Of a DNA stretch of 64,000 nt, positions 39,494 to 53,888 are shown in pieces. The notes under the pieces were generated by a model. That model was not told the DNA's origin. It saw only the letters and a program-made list of their open reading frames with translations, and searched no databases. The DNA is from Neocallimastix sp. 'constans'. Taxonomy: Eukaryota. Numbering within the stretch: position 1 is the first letter of the stretch; every line of letters begins with the position of its first letter. The stretch lies in assembly GCA_050613775.1 (NCBI GenBank), contig JBODTK010000126.1, positions 186,001 through 250,000 of the forward strand, given 5' to 3'. A program made the translations under genes and the position numbers.

Positions 39494-42400
39494 CTTAATT
39501 ATATACTTTTTTTAATATCTAATTGTTCATTAACTTTTCTATCTTTTTCAAATAATATCTACTAAACTGATTAAATATTTTTTCTTAGAAATTAATAATT
39601 ATAATTATTAATGTTATTAGTAAAAAAAAAAAATCGTTAAAATAAAAAAAGTGAAAAGAAAAAAAAAAAAAAGAGGAAAAAACTCTAAATAAATATGAAA
39701 TTTATTTATATTAAAGAAAAGAAAGAAAAAAAATAAAGAAAGAAGTAAAAAGTGAAAATAAAAATAAAAATAAATTAAATTTAATATATAACCTTTTTAT
39801 ATATTTAATATAAATATATGTAATATAAAATGGCGTATATATAAAGTAATATACTATAATATATAATAAACTTCATAAAATATTAATTTTTTCCTTATTT
39901 GATAAATTATTATATTTAAAAAAAAAAAAAAAATTATATTAGAAAAATAAATTAGTTATATGGAAAATACATAAATAAATTTATTACAATGTGCTTAATA
40001 TATATTGTTGCATATAATAAATATTTGATTACTCAATTATAAAAAAATACAAAAAAAAATTTTTTTTTTAAATTTTATAATGGTGAAAGGCTAAATTTAT
40101 TATTAAAATGTACATTGATATCTATACATTACATTTTAATATTATATACATACTAACTTTACGTTATTCAAAAAATTCTTCAACCAATTTCTTTAGTAAT
40201 TATAGTGGCTTAATTATCACGTGATATTAAATTTAGGTTAGATACAAACTTTCATTATATACATGCAACCCACTATTAAAATTAATGATGAACTAAACAA
40301 ACTGATATATTAATATCCTTGTTTATTCGATTAATTTAAAATAAAAAAAAAATTAAAGATTTTATTGATAAAATAAATGATACCATGATACTCTATATAT
40401 GTTATTTTTTCATGATATCTTTATATCAAATTCTAGTCTTTTTTCACATCAAATATTTTTATAATCATAAATAATTTCAACAATTAACCTAAAATAATAA
40501 AAAAAAAAAAAAATTTCTAATTTATGAAGAAAAAGTTTTCAATAAAAAATAATCTATATATAAAAAATATAAATAAATTTTTAAATATAGTTTTAATAAA
40601 ACATGGGCTAATATATTATAAAACTAATAATAGTATATGTATATTATATAACTAGTATTATTGTTTATAAAATATCAATATAAAAATCAACCTATTTATA
40701 TATTATATTTTTAATAGCATTTAATTATATAATGCAAAAAATAATATTTAATTGATTTATATATAATAATTATCTGTATAATATAATATATAATAAATAT
40801 ATATTAAATACTATGTATAAATAATTTTATATATAATACGTAATTTAAGAAAAAAAAAATTCTATATTTTATAGAAAAAAAAGGTTTCAATATCAAAATA
40901 CTGTTTCTTAGTTTTAAATTTTTATATAATATTGATAAAGTTTATTTCAATTTAATAATTTATTACCCATATACTATCAGATTACTCTAATAAATATCTA
41001 ATACAAAATATATATATGGAAATAAGAATGAAAAATAAATTTAATTAAATGAATTGAATTTATTCATAATTTAATATATATAAATAAATAAAGTATTTAA
41101 AATATTTACTGTAAAACGAATAAAATAAAATAAATAAATTTATATATATATATTGTCAGATAAATTATAATATTTAATTAAAAAATATTATATCCAATAA
41201 ACTAATTTCTTTTTTTTCTTTTTTTTTTTTTTTACTATTTTCTGTAATATTCACAGATTTTCTTTATTTTATTAAATTTCATTTAAATATATATTATCTC
41301 TTATTATAATATATTTTAATTTAATTAAATTGTATTATATTATAAATTACAATATTTTCTTAAATCGTATATATTTTTTATATTATATAATATTTTATTT
41401 GATTATAAATGATAAGATTATTTATTTTACAAAGTTTATTTAATTTACGAAGTTTATTTAATTATAATAAAAGTTTAAATAAATATATTATACAAAAAAA
41501 AAAATATTCTTTAATTATATATATTATTTTATAAAAAATTTACAAACTATTAATAGAATAAATTATTAATATAATAAAATATAAAATAATATATATAGTT
41601 AAATTAAATATAAAAAATATTCTCTATCATTTAAATTAAATTAGAGTTAATTATAATATAATCATGAATGTATAAAATATATAAATAATATATAATCAAT
41701 TTATTAAAATTTATATGCAATATTTTTTCAAAATAAACAAAGATTTTCTTTTTATTATTAAAAAACTCTCTTAAGATGAAAAAAAGAATGGTAAAAAAAA
41801 ATATTATACATAATTCTAGTATTACATTTATTACATAATGTAAATAATATATAATTATTTAAATAGTAAGTTTTTATTTTTTTTTAAATATAAAAATGAG
41901 AAAAAAATATTAACTTACAAAAAAATAAAAATCTTTTTTTTATTCCTATAAATATTAATTACTTCCAACTTTTTAATAAAAAATAAATATAAAAGAAAAA
42001 AAAATCCTCATTAACCTTCAATAAATAGTAATTACTAAATCTTGAATATTAAATATCAATCAGTAATAACAAGTTATAATGAATAATAATTTTTATTATT
42101 ATATCCAAATAAAATTTTAAAAAGAATATTAATAAAAACTATTTATTGAGTTAATATTATAGTTATTAAAATATAAACAAATATAAATATTGTTAATTGC
42201 ATATTTAACAAGATAAAAATAAATTTTTTAAGCAAGTTAGGGAGAATATATATATATCAAAATTTTCTAGCACCTTTTATATATATAAGTATTGTTATAT
42301 TTGTTTAAAAATATTTTAAAATAATAATTTTATAATAAAAACTTCATGAAGAGTTTCTTAAAAATATATATATATATACATATATATACATATGTTCATA

Positions 42401-42763
42401 TATATATTTAGTATATATTATAATAAATTGTTAAACTTTTATGTGTTACTTATATGTAGCGAATTTGTTTTTTTTTTTTAAAAAAAATGATTTATATATA
42501 CAACACTTTAAAATATTTATTTCTGTAACAAATTTTCGAAATAATTGTAACTTTTAAGTAGTAATAAAGACTAACAAGATTTAATATATATATATATATA
42601 TATATAAAATTTTATATTATTAGTAAATAATCAAAAAAAAAAAAAATTAAATATTTATTATATTTAAAATATTATAATATTTAGTAATTAGTAATTTATT
42701 TATTTATTTATTATTTAATCAATTATTTTTTTATTTATTTATTATTTAATCAATTATTTTATT

Positions 42764-42794
<31 letters not shown>

Positions 42795-42817
42795 CTATTT
42801 AATCAACTATTTTTCAT

Positions 42818-42852
<35 letters not shown>

Positions 42853-44247
42853 TTAGCTGGCTAGTTAGTTAATTATTTATTTATAATCCAAAAATAGTAT
42901 AATTATTTGTTAATTTTTCTATTTATGTATTTATAGTTTTTGTAGAATAGAGAATAAAATATAAACTTTTTTCACACATATATTTAAATTTTCCTATTTA
43001 GGTTTTATGTTTTTTTTTTAATTTTTTTTTTATTTCATTCAATTAAAAGAATGCATAAATATATTTATAATTTATATATTTAATTTATCAATAAAATAAT
43101 ATATTAAAAAATATAATAATTTGATATTATTGATATATAAATAAATTAATAAATAAAATAAATTAATATAAATAATAATATTTTTAACAATTATCAATGA
43201 TGTATCATTCATTCATACATACAATACACAGAATTCATTATTATTTAATTAGTATCTATATAATTATCACAATTTTATTGTGTAATAAAAAATAAAATTT
43301 ATTAATTATTATATAACATATTTATATTAGATATATAATATATAGAAAATATATAGAAAATATAAAAAAATATAAAATAAATTAAAAAATTAAATATATA
43401 AAATAAAATATAATATTAAATAAAATATTATATTAAATAAAATAAAATATTAAAATATAAAATATTATATAATATAATGTTTAAATATAAATAGAATAAA
43501 ATATAAAATATAAAATAATAAAATATAAAATAATAAAATATAAAAAATATAATATAAAATATTACAAATTAAATACATATGAGTATAAAATATAAAATAA
43601 AACATATATTTTTATTATGAATCATTACTCATCATTTATATACTGCTCTTAAATAATATTTATAATTAGCAATTTTAAATGAACGAATTCAGTTTATGCA
43701 GTGTTTTATAGAATAAAATAAACTTTTTTTGATTTTTTTTTTTTTTTTTTATTGATTTTTAAAAATTTTTAGTTTAAAAAAAAAAAATAAAAATAATAAA
43801 AGAAAGTAAATTTAGTAAATTTAAACAAATTCATATTTATGTCGAATTTTTATCCATTATATATCTTTTAATTTTAAATAACTTTATTTAATGAAATAAT
43901 GTAAAAATTGCAATTTCTTATTTAATGGAAATCGTAGATCAATAACAAACCAAACTAAAAAAGTATCAAAAAATTTTAATTATTTATTTATATATAATAA
44001 ATTAATAAATTAATTATTAATAAAAATTGAAATTAAACAAAAATTTATTGTATTTAAAAAAAAGCAATTAATTATTTAATTTTAGTATCATCATAATAAC
44101 CATTTTACTTAAGATGTAATAATTCTAATAATTAAAAAAGGGCAAGGGAAAAAAATTCATCATATATAAAATAGAAATACATAAGTAAATTAATTTTTAT
44201 TTCATATTATTTTATTCAATCTGTACTTCTCGTATTTAATATTCTAT

Positions 44248-44945
44248 TATTTATTTTATTTTATTTTATTTTATTTTATTTTATTTTATTCAATCTGTAC
44301 TTTATATTCATATTCTACTATTTATTTTATTTTATTTTATTTTATTTTATTTTATTTTATTTTATTTTATTTTATTTTATTTTATTTTATTTTATTTTAT
44401 TTTATTTTATTTTATTTTATTTTATTTTATTTTATTTTATTTTATTTTATTTTATTTTATTTTATTTTATTTTATTTTATTTTATTTTATTTTATTTTAT
44501 TTTATTTTATTTTATTTTATTTTATTTTATTTTATTTTATTTTATTTTATTTTATTTTATTTTATTTTATTTTATTTTATTTTATTTTATTTTATTTTAT
44601 TTTATTTTATTTTATTTTATTTTATTTTATTTTATTTTATTTTATTTTATTTTATTTTATTTTATTTTATTTTATTTTATTTTATTTTATTTTATTTTAT
44701 TTTATTCAATCTGTACTTTATATTCATATTCTACTATTTATTTTATTTTATTTTATTTTATTTTATTTTATTTTATTTTATTTTATTTTATTTTATTTTA
44801 TTTTATTTTATTTTATTTTATTTTATTTTATTTTATTTTATTTTATTTTATTTTATTTTATTTTATTTTATTTTATTTTATTTTATTTTATTTTATTTTA
44901 TTTTATTTTATTTTATTTTATTTTATTTTATTTTATTTTATTTTA
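44248..44945. repeat. (TTTTA)n microsatellite with a repeated interruption
   Basis: Pentamer runs interrupted by TCAATCTGTACTTTATATTCATATTCTACTA at about 44290 and 44706, with a variant at about 44216. Confidence 0.95.
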
Positions 44946-45267
44946 GAATTAATAGCAATTAAATTAATTAGATGAATAAATATAAAAAAAATTAATTTAT
45001 GTATTTTAATTAAAAAAATAAAACTTTTTCTTCCCTTTTTTTTTTTTAAATTAATTAAAATATGAAAAGTATAATTAAATTTAAAATTTGTTAATTTGTT
45101 AAATTTATACTTTTTTATTTTAATTAAATATTTTTTTTTTCACATTCACTTTTTTTTTTGTTATTAGTCTTACGACCTTTTTTTTAGTACTACATTTTTA
45201 AAATTTGTTTTTTTTTTTTAAAAAATAAAAAAAGATTTAATAATAAAAATAAAGTAGAAAAAAAATG

Positions 45268-45310
<43 letters not shown>

Positions 45311-46820
45311 TATTATAAATGCTTAAATTTTAATTTAATAATATCTTTTTTTTTTTTTCTTATTAATCTCGGACAATGTATAGTAATAATATTTATTGAA
45401 ATTTAATAAATGTTTAATAATAAATAGAAAAAAGATTAATTAGTTTTTTTTTTCTTTTTTAGTTAATCTTTCCTATTATAATAATATTATAACATATATA
45501 TATATATAATTGATAGTATAAATAATAACATTCAGTGGATGTATAATAAAAAAGTTTATTATATAATAGATTCATCTAATAACTTTTAATCGGTTATATC
45601 TTATCAATTAAATTTTAAAACTAATTAATTTGCAAAATAATTAATAATTTAATAAGAAAAAAAAAATGATTTAATAAATATTTAATGACATATTAATATA
45701 TATAATTGAACATAGAAATTTATAATATTTTTATACAAAGAAATAAAACGATTTATTAAATAATTAAAAAATAAATAACAATACAAATAAAATGAAATGA
45801 ATATTTGAAAAAAAAAAAAAAAAAAAAAAAAAAGAAAGAGTCGAAATTTAATATTTTAAAAATTTAATTTAATATTTTATTCTTTTTTTTCCAAATATAT
45901 ATATATGATTTTAAATTTTATTAAAATTAATTAGTTTTGTTATATATCTTATATATATATATATATTTTATAATTATTTTATATACCTTTTTTTTTAATT
46001 AATTTTTAAAACCAAGCATGGTTTTTTTTTTATTATTTATATAATTAAAGTTTATAAATAAAATGAGTAACTTTTAAATCAAATTCCTTTTTTTATTATT
46101 ATATTTTTATCATTTTTATAATATTATTATTAATTTACTATAATTATTATCAACTATTATTATTATTTTACTATTATTATTATTTATATCATTAATATTA
46201 TAATTGTAGCTTAATAAAAGTAATAATTTTAAGTATAGCCACAATGAGTATAAGAAGAATTAAAATAGATAGTTTATTACTATTGTTGTTGTTGTTATTA
46301 ATTATTATTAATAATATATTAATTTTTATAATTATTATTAAAATTATTATCTGTAATAGAAAATAATATATATTATTTAATTAATATAATTCAATGACCA
46401 AATAATATATTATTTCCTTATTAAAGAAATTTAAAAATTTTTTAAATTTTTTATGGTTCCATAGAATATTAGCTTATAATAATCAAAGTTAACGTTGTAA
46501 CTTCATCCATACTACAAATTATATATTATTTTTTATTTAATATTTATTATATATTCTATAAAAAAAAAAAATTCAATACCACTATGTATGTTTCTCTTTA
46601 TAATAAAATAAAAAAATAAAATAAAATAAAATTAGAATTACTATTTATCATATCATTGCTTACATATTAGTATATTATAAAAACTTTCATCTTTTTAATA
46701 TTGAATTTGTATTGTTGAAGTATTGTATATATTTAAAAAGTTTAAATATTTATACATATATAATATTAAAGAAAAAAAGAACTACTACTTGTAAAAAAAA
46801 AAAAAAAAAAAAATTATAAA

Positions 46821-47032
46821 AATTTAATTCTAATAAACTTTCATAATAAAAATACATTTTCGAGAATTTATTGCTTTTAAATTTCATTTATCCAAGTGCT
46901 TTTATATATTACAACAAAAATATATATATATATATGAATTTAATTCTAATTAAACTTTCATAATAAAAATATATTGTCGAGAATTTATTGCTTTTAAATT
47001 TCATTTATCCAAGTGCTTTTATATATTACAAC
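46821..47032. repeat. Direct duplication of about 95 bp (46821-46914 and 46937-47032)
   Basis: TCGAGAATTTATTGCTTTTAAATTTCATTTATCCAAGTGCTTTTATATATTACAAC occurs twice. Confidence 0.9.
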
Positions 47033-49371
47033 CAACTTTCCACTTTGATATTAATATTAAGTTAATAATATAATTATAATCTTTTTTTAATTTTATAAAA
47101 TTTAATAAAAAAAAATTTTTTTTTATTTTATTTTTACTATTTAATTTAAAAAAAATATATATACATATATATATATTTTATTTAATTAAAAGATCTATAT
47201 ATATTTAGTCTATGTATATTATGGTATATTTTATTAAATATATATATATATAATCTCTTTATTTAACAGTAATAAATAAAAAATTATTATGACAAAAAAT
47301 TAAACTTCGAAATATAATTTAGGCCTTTTTTTATTTTTTTTTGTCATAATAACATATAAAATTATAACTAAATTATTAAACTTTTAATAGATATAAACTA
47401 AATTAATTAATAAGAGAAATAAAACTAAAAAAATTATATGAGGTTAGGTATATGAAAATAATTAAAATTAATTAGTATTAAAATTATTAATGAATAATAA
47501 TTATAATAATAAATAAGCTGTAAATTAAAATAATTTTAAAATGATATCAATTTTTTTGATAATTTTTATCTTTATATATATATATATATATTTTGTATTT
47601 ATACATTTATATTAATAAAATATCAATTTTATAATAATTATTCTTTTAATCTTTATTTTTTTATTCTTTAAATACTTAATAACGAATTTATTTATTATTT
47701 TAATTCTATTATTTTTTTTATTATTGTATTACATATGATTTTTACTTTTTTCTATTTTTGTATTATTGTTATACATTTCATTTATTAACTGTTATTGTAT
47801 TGCATCTCATTACTCATTATAATTACTATTATATTTTGTTTTTATTATTATTATTTTTTTTCTATTATTGTATTTCTTTTTTTTTTTTTTTACTTCTATA
47901 TATTTTTACATCATTATTACATTAAATTTTTATTTATTGTATTACATATGATTTTTTTACTTTTTTCTATTTATGTATTATTGTTATACATTTAATTTAT
48001 TAATTGTTATTGTATTGCATTTCATTATAATTATTATAGTATTTTCGTTTCTTTTTTTTATTATTATTTTTTTTTTTATATTATTGTATTACATTTTATT
48101 TTTTTTACATTCTATTATTTTTTTACATTATTGTATTACATTTTATTTTTTTTACATTCTATTATTTTTTTACATTATTGTATTACATTTTATTTTTTTA
48201 CTTTCTTTTCTTACATTATTGTATTACATTTTATTTTTTTACTTTCTTTTCTTACATTATTGTATTGTATTTTATTTCATTTTAACATTTATTACACTTT
48301 TTTTTTACTTTTTTTTTTTAGAAATGTTCTTGAATATGTTAATTGTTTTTTATTTTATTTCGTTTTAATTACTTTTTAGTCCTTTTTTTTTTCCTTCTTT
48401 TCATAAAAATAAAAAATTAAAAATAAAAAAAAAAAAAAAACACTTATAACTATATTTAATAATATTTAAAAACGTGTTAACTAAAATTGAATTAAACTAT
48501 TAAAAAATACACATACAAATAAATGTACTATACATTTTAACTTTTAAGTTTTAATTGATGAAAATTATTAGTTTCTGGAGATTTTTTTAAACTCAACAGT
48601 CAATAAGGTTTAATAAAGTTTAATGTTCTATACTTCTTATTCTTACCTCAAATTTATTCATGGTTAATAAAGTTAATAAATAAATTTAATAAAAAATTTT
48701 AAAAATTTAAAACAAAATAAAAATAAAGTTAATTCGAAAGAATAAAAAATTATTAATATAGATCAACTTTTTTTTTTTTTTTTTTTTTTTATTCATTTTT
48801 CATTTTATTTTATAGAACAATTATGTAATTATAATTTTATTATTTATAATGTAATTAAGAAATATACATACATACATATATACATTGTTAAATAAAAAAT
48901 TTTTTAGGCGAATTAAATGATATTCCCCATATTCATTTTAATAAATCAAATTTTAAAGGTTAATTAAATGTACTATTCCTATTTATTTTTAATAAAAAAA
49001 TTTTTTAAGGTCAAATATTTTTAAAACAATAATAAAATATTAAATTATATTTAATTTTTAAAGGTATATATTTTAATTTTTTTTGTTAAAATAATACTAA
49101 AATAATATTTAATAATATTTAATTTTAAAGATATATTTTAATATTATTTGTTAAAATAATATTTAATAACATTTAATTTTTAAGCATATAAATTATATTT
49201 ATATTTTTTATTTATAATAATTTGTTCTTTTGTTTTATTTGTTTCACTTTTTTCAATTTTTTTTTTTTCCTTTTTTTAATGGTTAAAAATAGAATATAAT
49301 CTATTATTTTTTCATTTAATTTAATTTTTCACTATTAATTTTTTTTTTATTGTTTATTTATTTAGCTCTTA

Positions 49372-49432
<61 letters not shown>

Positions 49433-50393
49433 AACAATTGTAAATAAAGTATTTATTAGAAAAATTTTTTTTGATATATAAAATTTTCAAAACAAAAAAA
49501 AAAAAAAAAATTAAACCATTAATAATTATTTCTAATTTTATTTATTTATTTGTTTTTTTTTTTATTTATTTATTTATTTATTAATAATTACTTAAAAATG
49601 TAAAGCGTTAATTACAAATTAAAGTTTTATTTTTAAGCCACAACATAACTATATAATAACTATATAAGAATGTAACCTTATTTATTACATAAGCAGAATT
49701 TTATTAGTCTAAACTTAAATATCAAGTAGTATACTTCTCTAATTATTTAATAACAATAAAATAAATAGAATAAAAATAAATATTTTATGATATCTAAAAT
49801 TTAATTATCTTCATTTATAAATCATGCCTGTTTCAATTAAATTAGAAGTATTGATAAAAAAATTTCTGGTTTAATCTTAAATTTATATATAAAATATTAA
49901 AATAAGATCACTACAATCACAAATGCAAAAAGAATAAACCAATTCCAGTTGCTTCTTTTGTCTATAAATTTAAAGAAAAGTATTTTTTATATATTTATTT
50001 AGAAGAATTATATATAAAAATATTTTAAAAATCAAATGATTTTTAAAATATTCTTATGAAGTTTTGGTTCAAGGACTAAGGACTCCTACAAAATGACAAG
50101 AAAATAATAGAACATTATCAATATTTACTTGATAAATAGTTAATATTGTTATTAATGCTGATAATTTTATAAATTATTCTAATAAAAATTTTGGAAATAA
50201 TTCTTTCATTAAGTTTTATAATTCCAAAAAAAAGAATTTTAATAAAAATTTTGAAATTATTTTAATAAAAAAATCTGAATATAATTCTAATATAAATTTT
50301 AAGTGTAATTTTAATAAAAAAATCTAATTACAATTTTTAATATAAATTTGATAATAATTATTATATTAATTTTAATAGTATATCAAATAATAG

Positions 50394-50651
50394 ACTCATT
50401 GGGTTAGGTTACATTAGTCTCAGCTTCTAGGGAGTTAGGCTACCAAAAAAGGCATTCCGAGAAAAATCGTGCTAGAAGATCTCAGCAATAATATGTATGG
50501 TTAGAGCGCCAATGCTGAATAAACAGTAAGGCTGTCCAGTAGGAACTATATCCATCTGTGAAAAAGCACACCAAAGTGTTGTGACTACCATAATATTCCT
50601 ATGTCTTGAGGGTGGCATAGAGCGGTACACACCGGTAATAAAAAAAAAAAA
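50394..50651 (+). mobile_element. SINE-like retroposed element (copy 1)
   Basis: GC-richer body of about 245 bp, poly(A), flanking direct repeat TCAAATAATAG, and the LINE-shared motif at 50503-50543. Confidence 0.75.
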
Positions 50652-51173
50652 TTCAAATAATAGTTTTAATATTAATTTTAAAAATAATTTAAATAAAATT
50701 TCTAAAAAAAAAATCTTATGTTAATATAAATAAAATTATTGAATCTTATTTTATTATTTATTAATTCTAACAAAATCTTTGGAAATAGTTCTTTTATTAA
50801 TTCTAAAAAAAAATATATATATATATTTTTTTTTACTCTATAAGGAGATATAACATGTAGATTTGTATATTAATAAATATATATAAATATATATACTTTT
50901 TTTATGATAATAACAAATAATCATACGAAAAAACAACAAAGTATTACTTGAAATAAAATATGATAATTTTTTTATTTATTTATTTAAAATAATAAATATA
51001 CTGATGCGCGTTAAGTTTTAACTATATATATTATGGCTTTTTTTTTTTTTTTTTTTTATAATTAAATTAATAAATACATGGAAATATATTCAATATTTAT
51101 TATCAGTCGTAATATATCTTAAAAAAAAAAAAAATTTTTCAAAATTTTCAAAATTTAACCCTAAATAAATTTA

Positions 51174-51410
51174 GAGGATGGTACATTTCGTAATCGTACA
51201 TTTCGTAATGTGTCGTATATATATTTTTTAAATAAAGCCATACATTTTTAAGATACTCTAACAATCATAAATAAATATATAAATTATTGAATATTAATAA
51301 ATTATATATATAAAAATAAGTATATTTATTATTTATTTAATTATTAAAAAACATGCCATATATAACATACGCCACATTACAAAACTACCATTGAGAAATG
51401 CACTAGATTC
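51174..51410. mobile_element. 237-bp MITE (copy 1)
   Basis: Imperfect terminal inverted repeats built on GTACATTTCGTAAT. Flanked by TAAATTTA and TAAATTT. Confidence 0.75.
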
Positions 51411-51417
51411 TAAATTT

Positions 51418-51717
51418 GGGAGAGTTGCATTTCCCCAAATTGCATTTCGCCAGGTTGTATTTCGACAAGTGGCGTAGTATTAAAATGTTGCATTTCCCCA
51501 AGTTGCTATTCGCCAGGTTGCATTTCGACAAGTAGAGTATTGATATAAATAAATGAATAAATAAATGAATATTAATTCAAAATATTTTTTTAAAATTGTT
51601 TTTATGCGATATTAATAATATTTAATTTTATTTATTGATTTATTTATTTATTTAATAATTCTCAATTTGGCGAAAAGCAACTTGGCGAAATGCAATTTGG
51701 CGAAATGCCCCATACCC
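51418..51717. mobile_element. 300-bp MITE with GGG...CCC ends and 15-bp tandem subterminal repeats (Mutator/foldback-like, inferred)
   Basis: Left end GGGAGAGTTGCATTTCCCCAAATTGCATTTCGCCAGGTTG; right end reverse complement GGGTATGGGGCATTTCGCCAAATTGCATTTCGCCAAGTTG. AT-rich core. Confidence 0.85.
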
Positions 51718-51770
51718 ATAAATTTGATAATAATTATTATATTAATTTTAATAGTATTTCAAATAATAGT

Positions 51771-52026
51771 CTCATTGGGTTAGGTTACATTAGTCTCAGC
51801 TTCTAGGGAGTTAGGCTACCAAAAAAGCATTCCGAAAAAAATCGTGCTAGAAAATCTCAGCAATAATATGTATGGTTAGAGCGCCAATGCTGAATAAACA
51901 GTAAGGCTGTCCAGTAGGAACTATATCCATCTGTGAAAAAGCACACCAAAGTGTTGTGACTACCATAATATTCCTATGTCTTGAGGGTGGCATAGAGCGG
52001 TACACACCGGTAATAAAAAAAAAAAA
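51771..52026 (+). mobile_element. SINE-like retroposed element (copy 2), 13-bp TSD
   Basis: TTCAAATAATAGT at 51758-51770 and 52027-52039; poly(A) tail. Confidence 0.78.
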
Positions 52027-52547
52027 TTCAAATAATAGTTTTAATATTAATTTTAAAAATAATTTAAATAAAATTTCTAAAAAAAAAATCTTATGTTAAT
52101 ATAAATAAAATTATTGAATCTTATTTTATTATTTATTAATTCTAACAAAATCTTTGGAAATAGTTCTTTTATTAATTCTAAAAAAAAATATATATATATA
52201 TTTTTTTTTACTCTATAAGGAGATATAACATGTAGATTTGTATATTAATAAATATATATAAATATATATACTTTTTTTATGATAATAACAAATAATCATA
52301 CGAAAAAACAACAAAGTATTACTTGAAATAAAATATGATAATTTTTTTATTTATTTATTTAAAATAATAAATATACTGATGCGCGTTAAGTTTTAACTAT
52401 ATATATTATGGCTTTTTTTTTTTTTTTTTTTATAATTAAATTAATAAATACATGGAAATATATTCAATATTTATTATCAGTCGTAATATATCTTAAAAAA
52501 AAAAAAAATTTTTCAAAATTTTCAAAATTTAACCCTAAATAAATTTA

Positions 52548-52784
52548 GAGGATGGTACATTTCGTAATCGTACATTTCGTAATGTGTAGTATATATATTT
52601 TTTAAATAAAGCCATACATTTTTAAGATATACTAACAATCATAAATAAATATATAAATTATTGAATATTAATAAATTATATATATAAAAATAAGTATATT
52701 TATTATTTATTTAATTATTAAAAAACATGCCATATATAACATACGCCACATTACAAAACTACCATTACGAAATGTACTAGATTC
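52548..52784. mobile_element. 237-bp MITE (copy 2), 8-bp TSD TAAATTTA
   Basis: TSD at 52540-52547 and 52785-52792. Ends GAGGATGGTACATTTCGTAAT and (reverse complement) GAATCTAGTACATTTCGTAAT. Confidence 0.8.
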
Positions 52785-53269
52785 TAAATTTATATTTAAA
52801 TCTAACCCTAATAATGTTTGTAAATTTAATATATTAAAAAAGAAAAAACACAAAGAAATAATAAAAAAAAAAAAAAAGAAACAAAAAACTAAAGTAAAAA
52901 CATTATACAATAAATAATACACAAAAGAACAAAAGAATAAATGATAAGACAGTTTAATTAATATTTATATATTAATTTGTTTTAAAATCATTGTGATAAT
53001 AATTTCAATGACTTTTATTCTTTTAATATAATAATAAACCAAAATAAAATATTATTATTTCTTTAATATTTCTAATTAATTATATAATATATAAATAAAT
53101 AATAAAATGCCCAATGAATTATATGATTTTCTAAATAAATTCTATTTATTGAATTTCCTTTATATTACAATAAAAATATTTACTATAGAATTCGATAAAA
53201 TTTTATAAATTATATATATATATTTTTAATACTATTAAATAAAGTTTATTCCTAACCAAAAAAAAAAAA

Positions 53270-53857
53270 AAAAAATACATGAAAAAAAAATACATGAAAT
53301 TTTTTTACATGAATATATTTGAAAACTATGTTATGATTTTCGAGGAAGAAATGGCCTCTAATTCTTTTCAGTTGTCGATGATAACTCCATGTAGATAAAA
53401 ATTATCATTCGAATTTTCGAATCTATATCAGAATTTCTTATCTATCTTATCGTTTTGATGCTATCGCTCTTGACAATGACAACAGTAGATCTAATGGTAT
53501 ACAAATTGAACAAATTGAATTATAGTATAAATATTACTAATCACAATAGGAATAACATTAGTAAGGAATTACCGTTAAGTCCAACAAAAAGATGAAATCC
53601 GGAAAAAAAAGATGATTCTCTTGAATGTGATTGAAAGAATATTATTAATTAAACGCCTTCTTTCTCCACCAAAATTGATCTTTAAGATTTCATTTCTTGC
53701 TAATAAGGAGATACAGTACATAAAAATTAATATTATTATCAAAATCATGTTCTTTATCATTAGTTCTTTATCATTAGTTCTTTATCATTAATTTGCTTTT
53801 TACATAAGATTTCACATCAAATTTGAATTCATATTTAATTCGTCCAATCCAAAAAAA

Positions 53858-53888
<31 letters not shown>

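Larger units (their letters stand above)
50342..52791. repeat. Direct duplication of about 1.07 kb (50342-51417 and 51718-52791) separated by a 300-bp MITE
   Basis: The two units are near-identical with a few substitutions and indels. Confidence 0.95.

Noticed and set aside
51418..51540. CRISPR-like short repeats
   Set aside because: Contiguous 15-bp tandem units without unique spacers, mirrored at the other end of a MITE; eukaryotic context and no cas genes.
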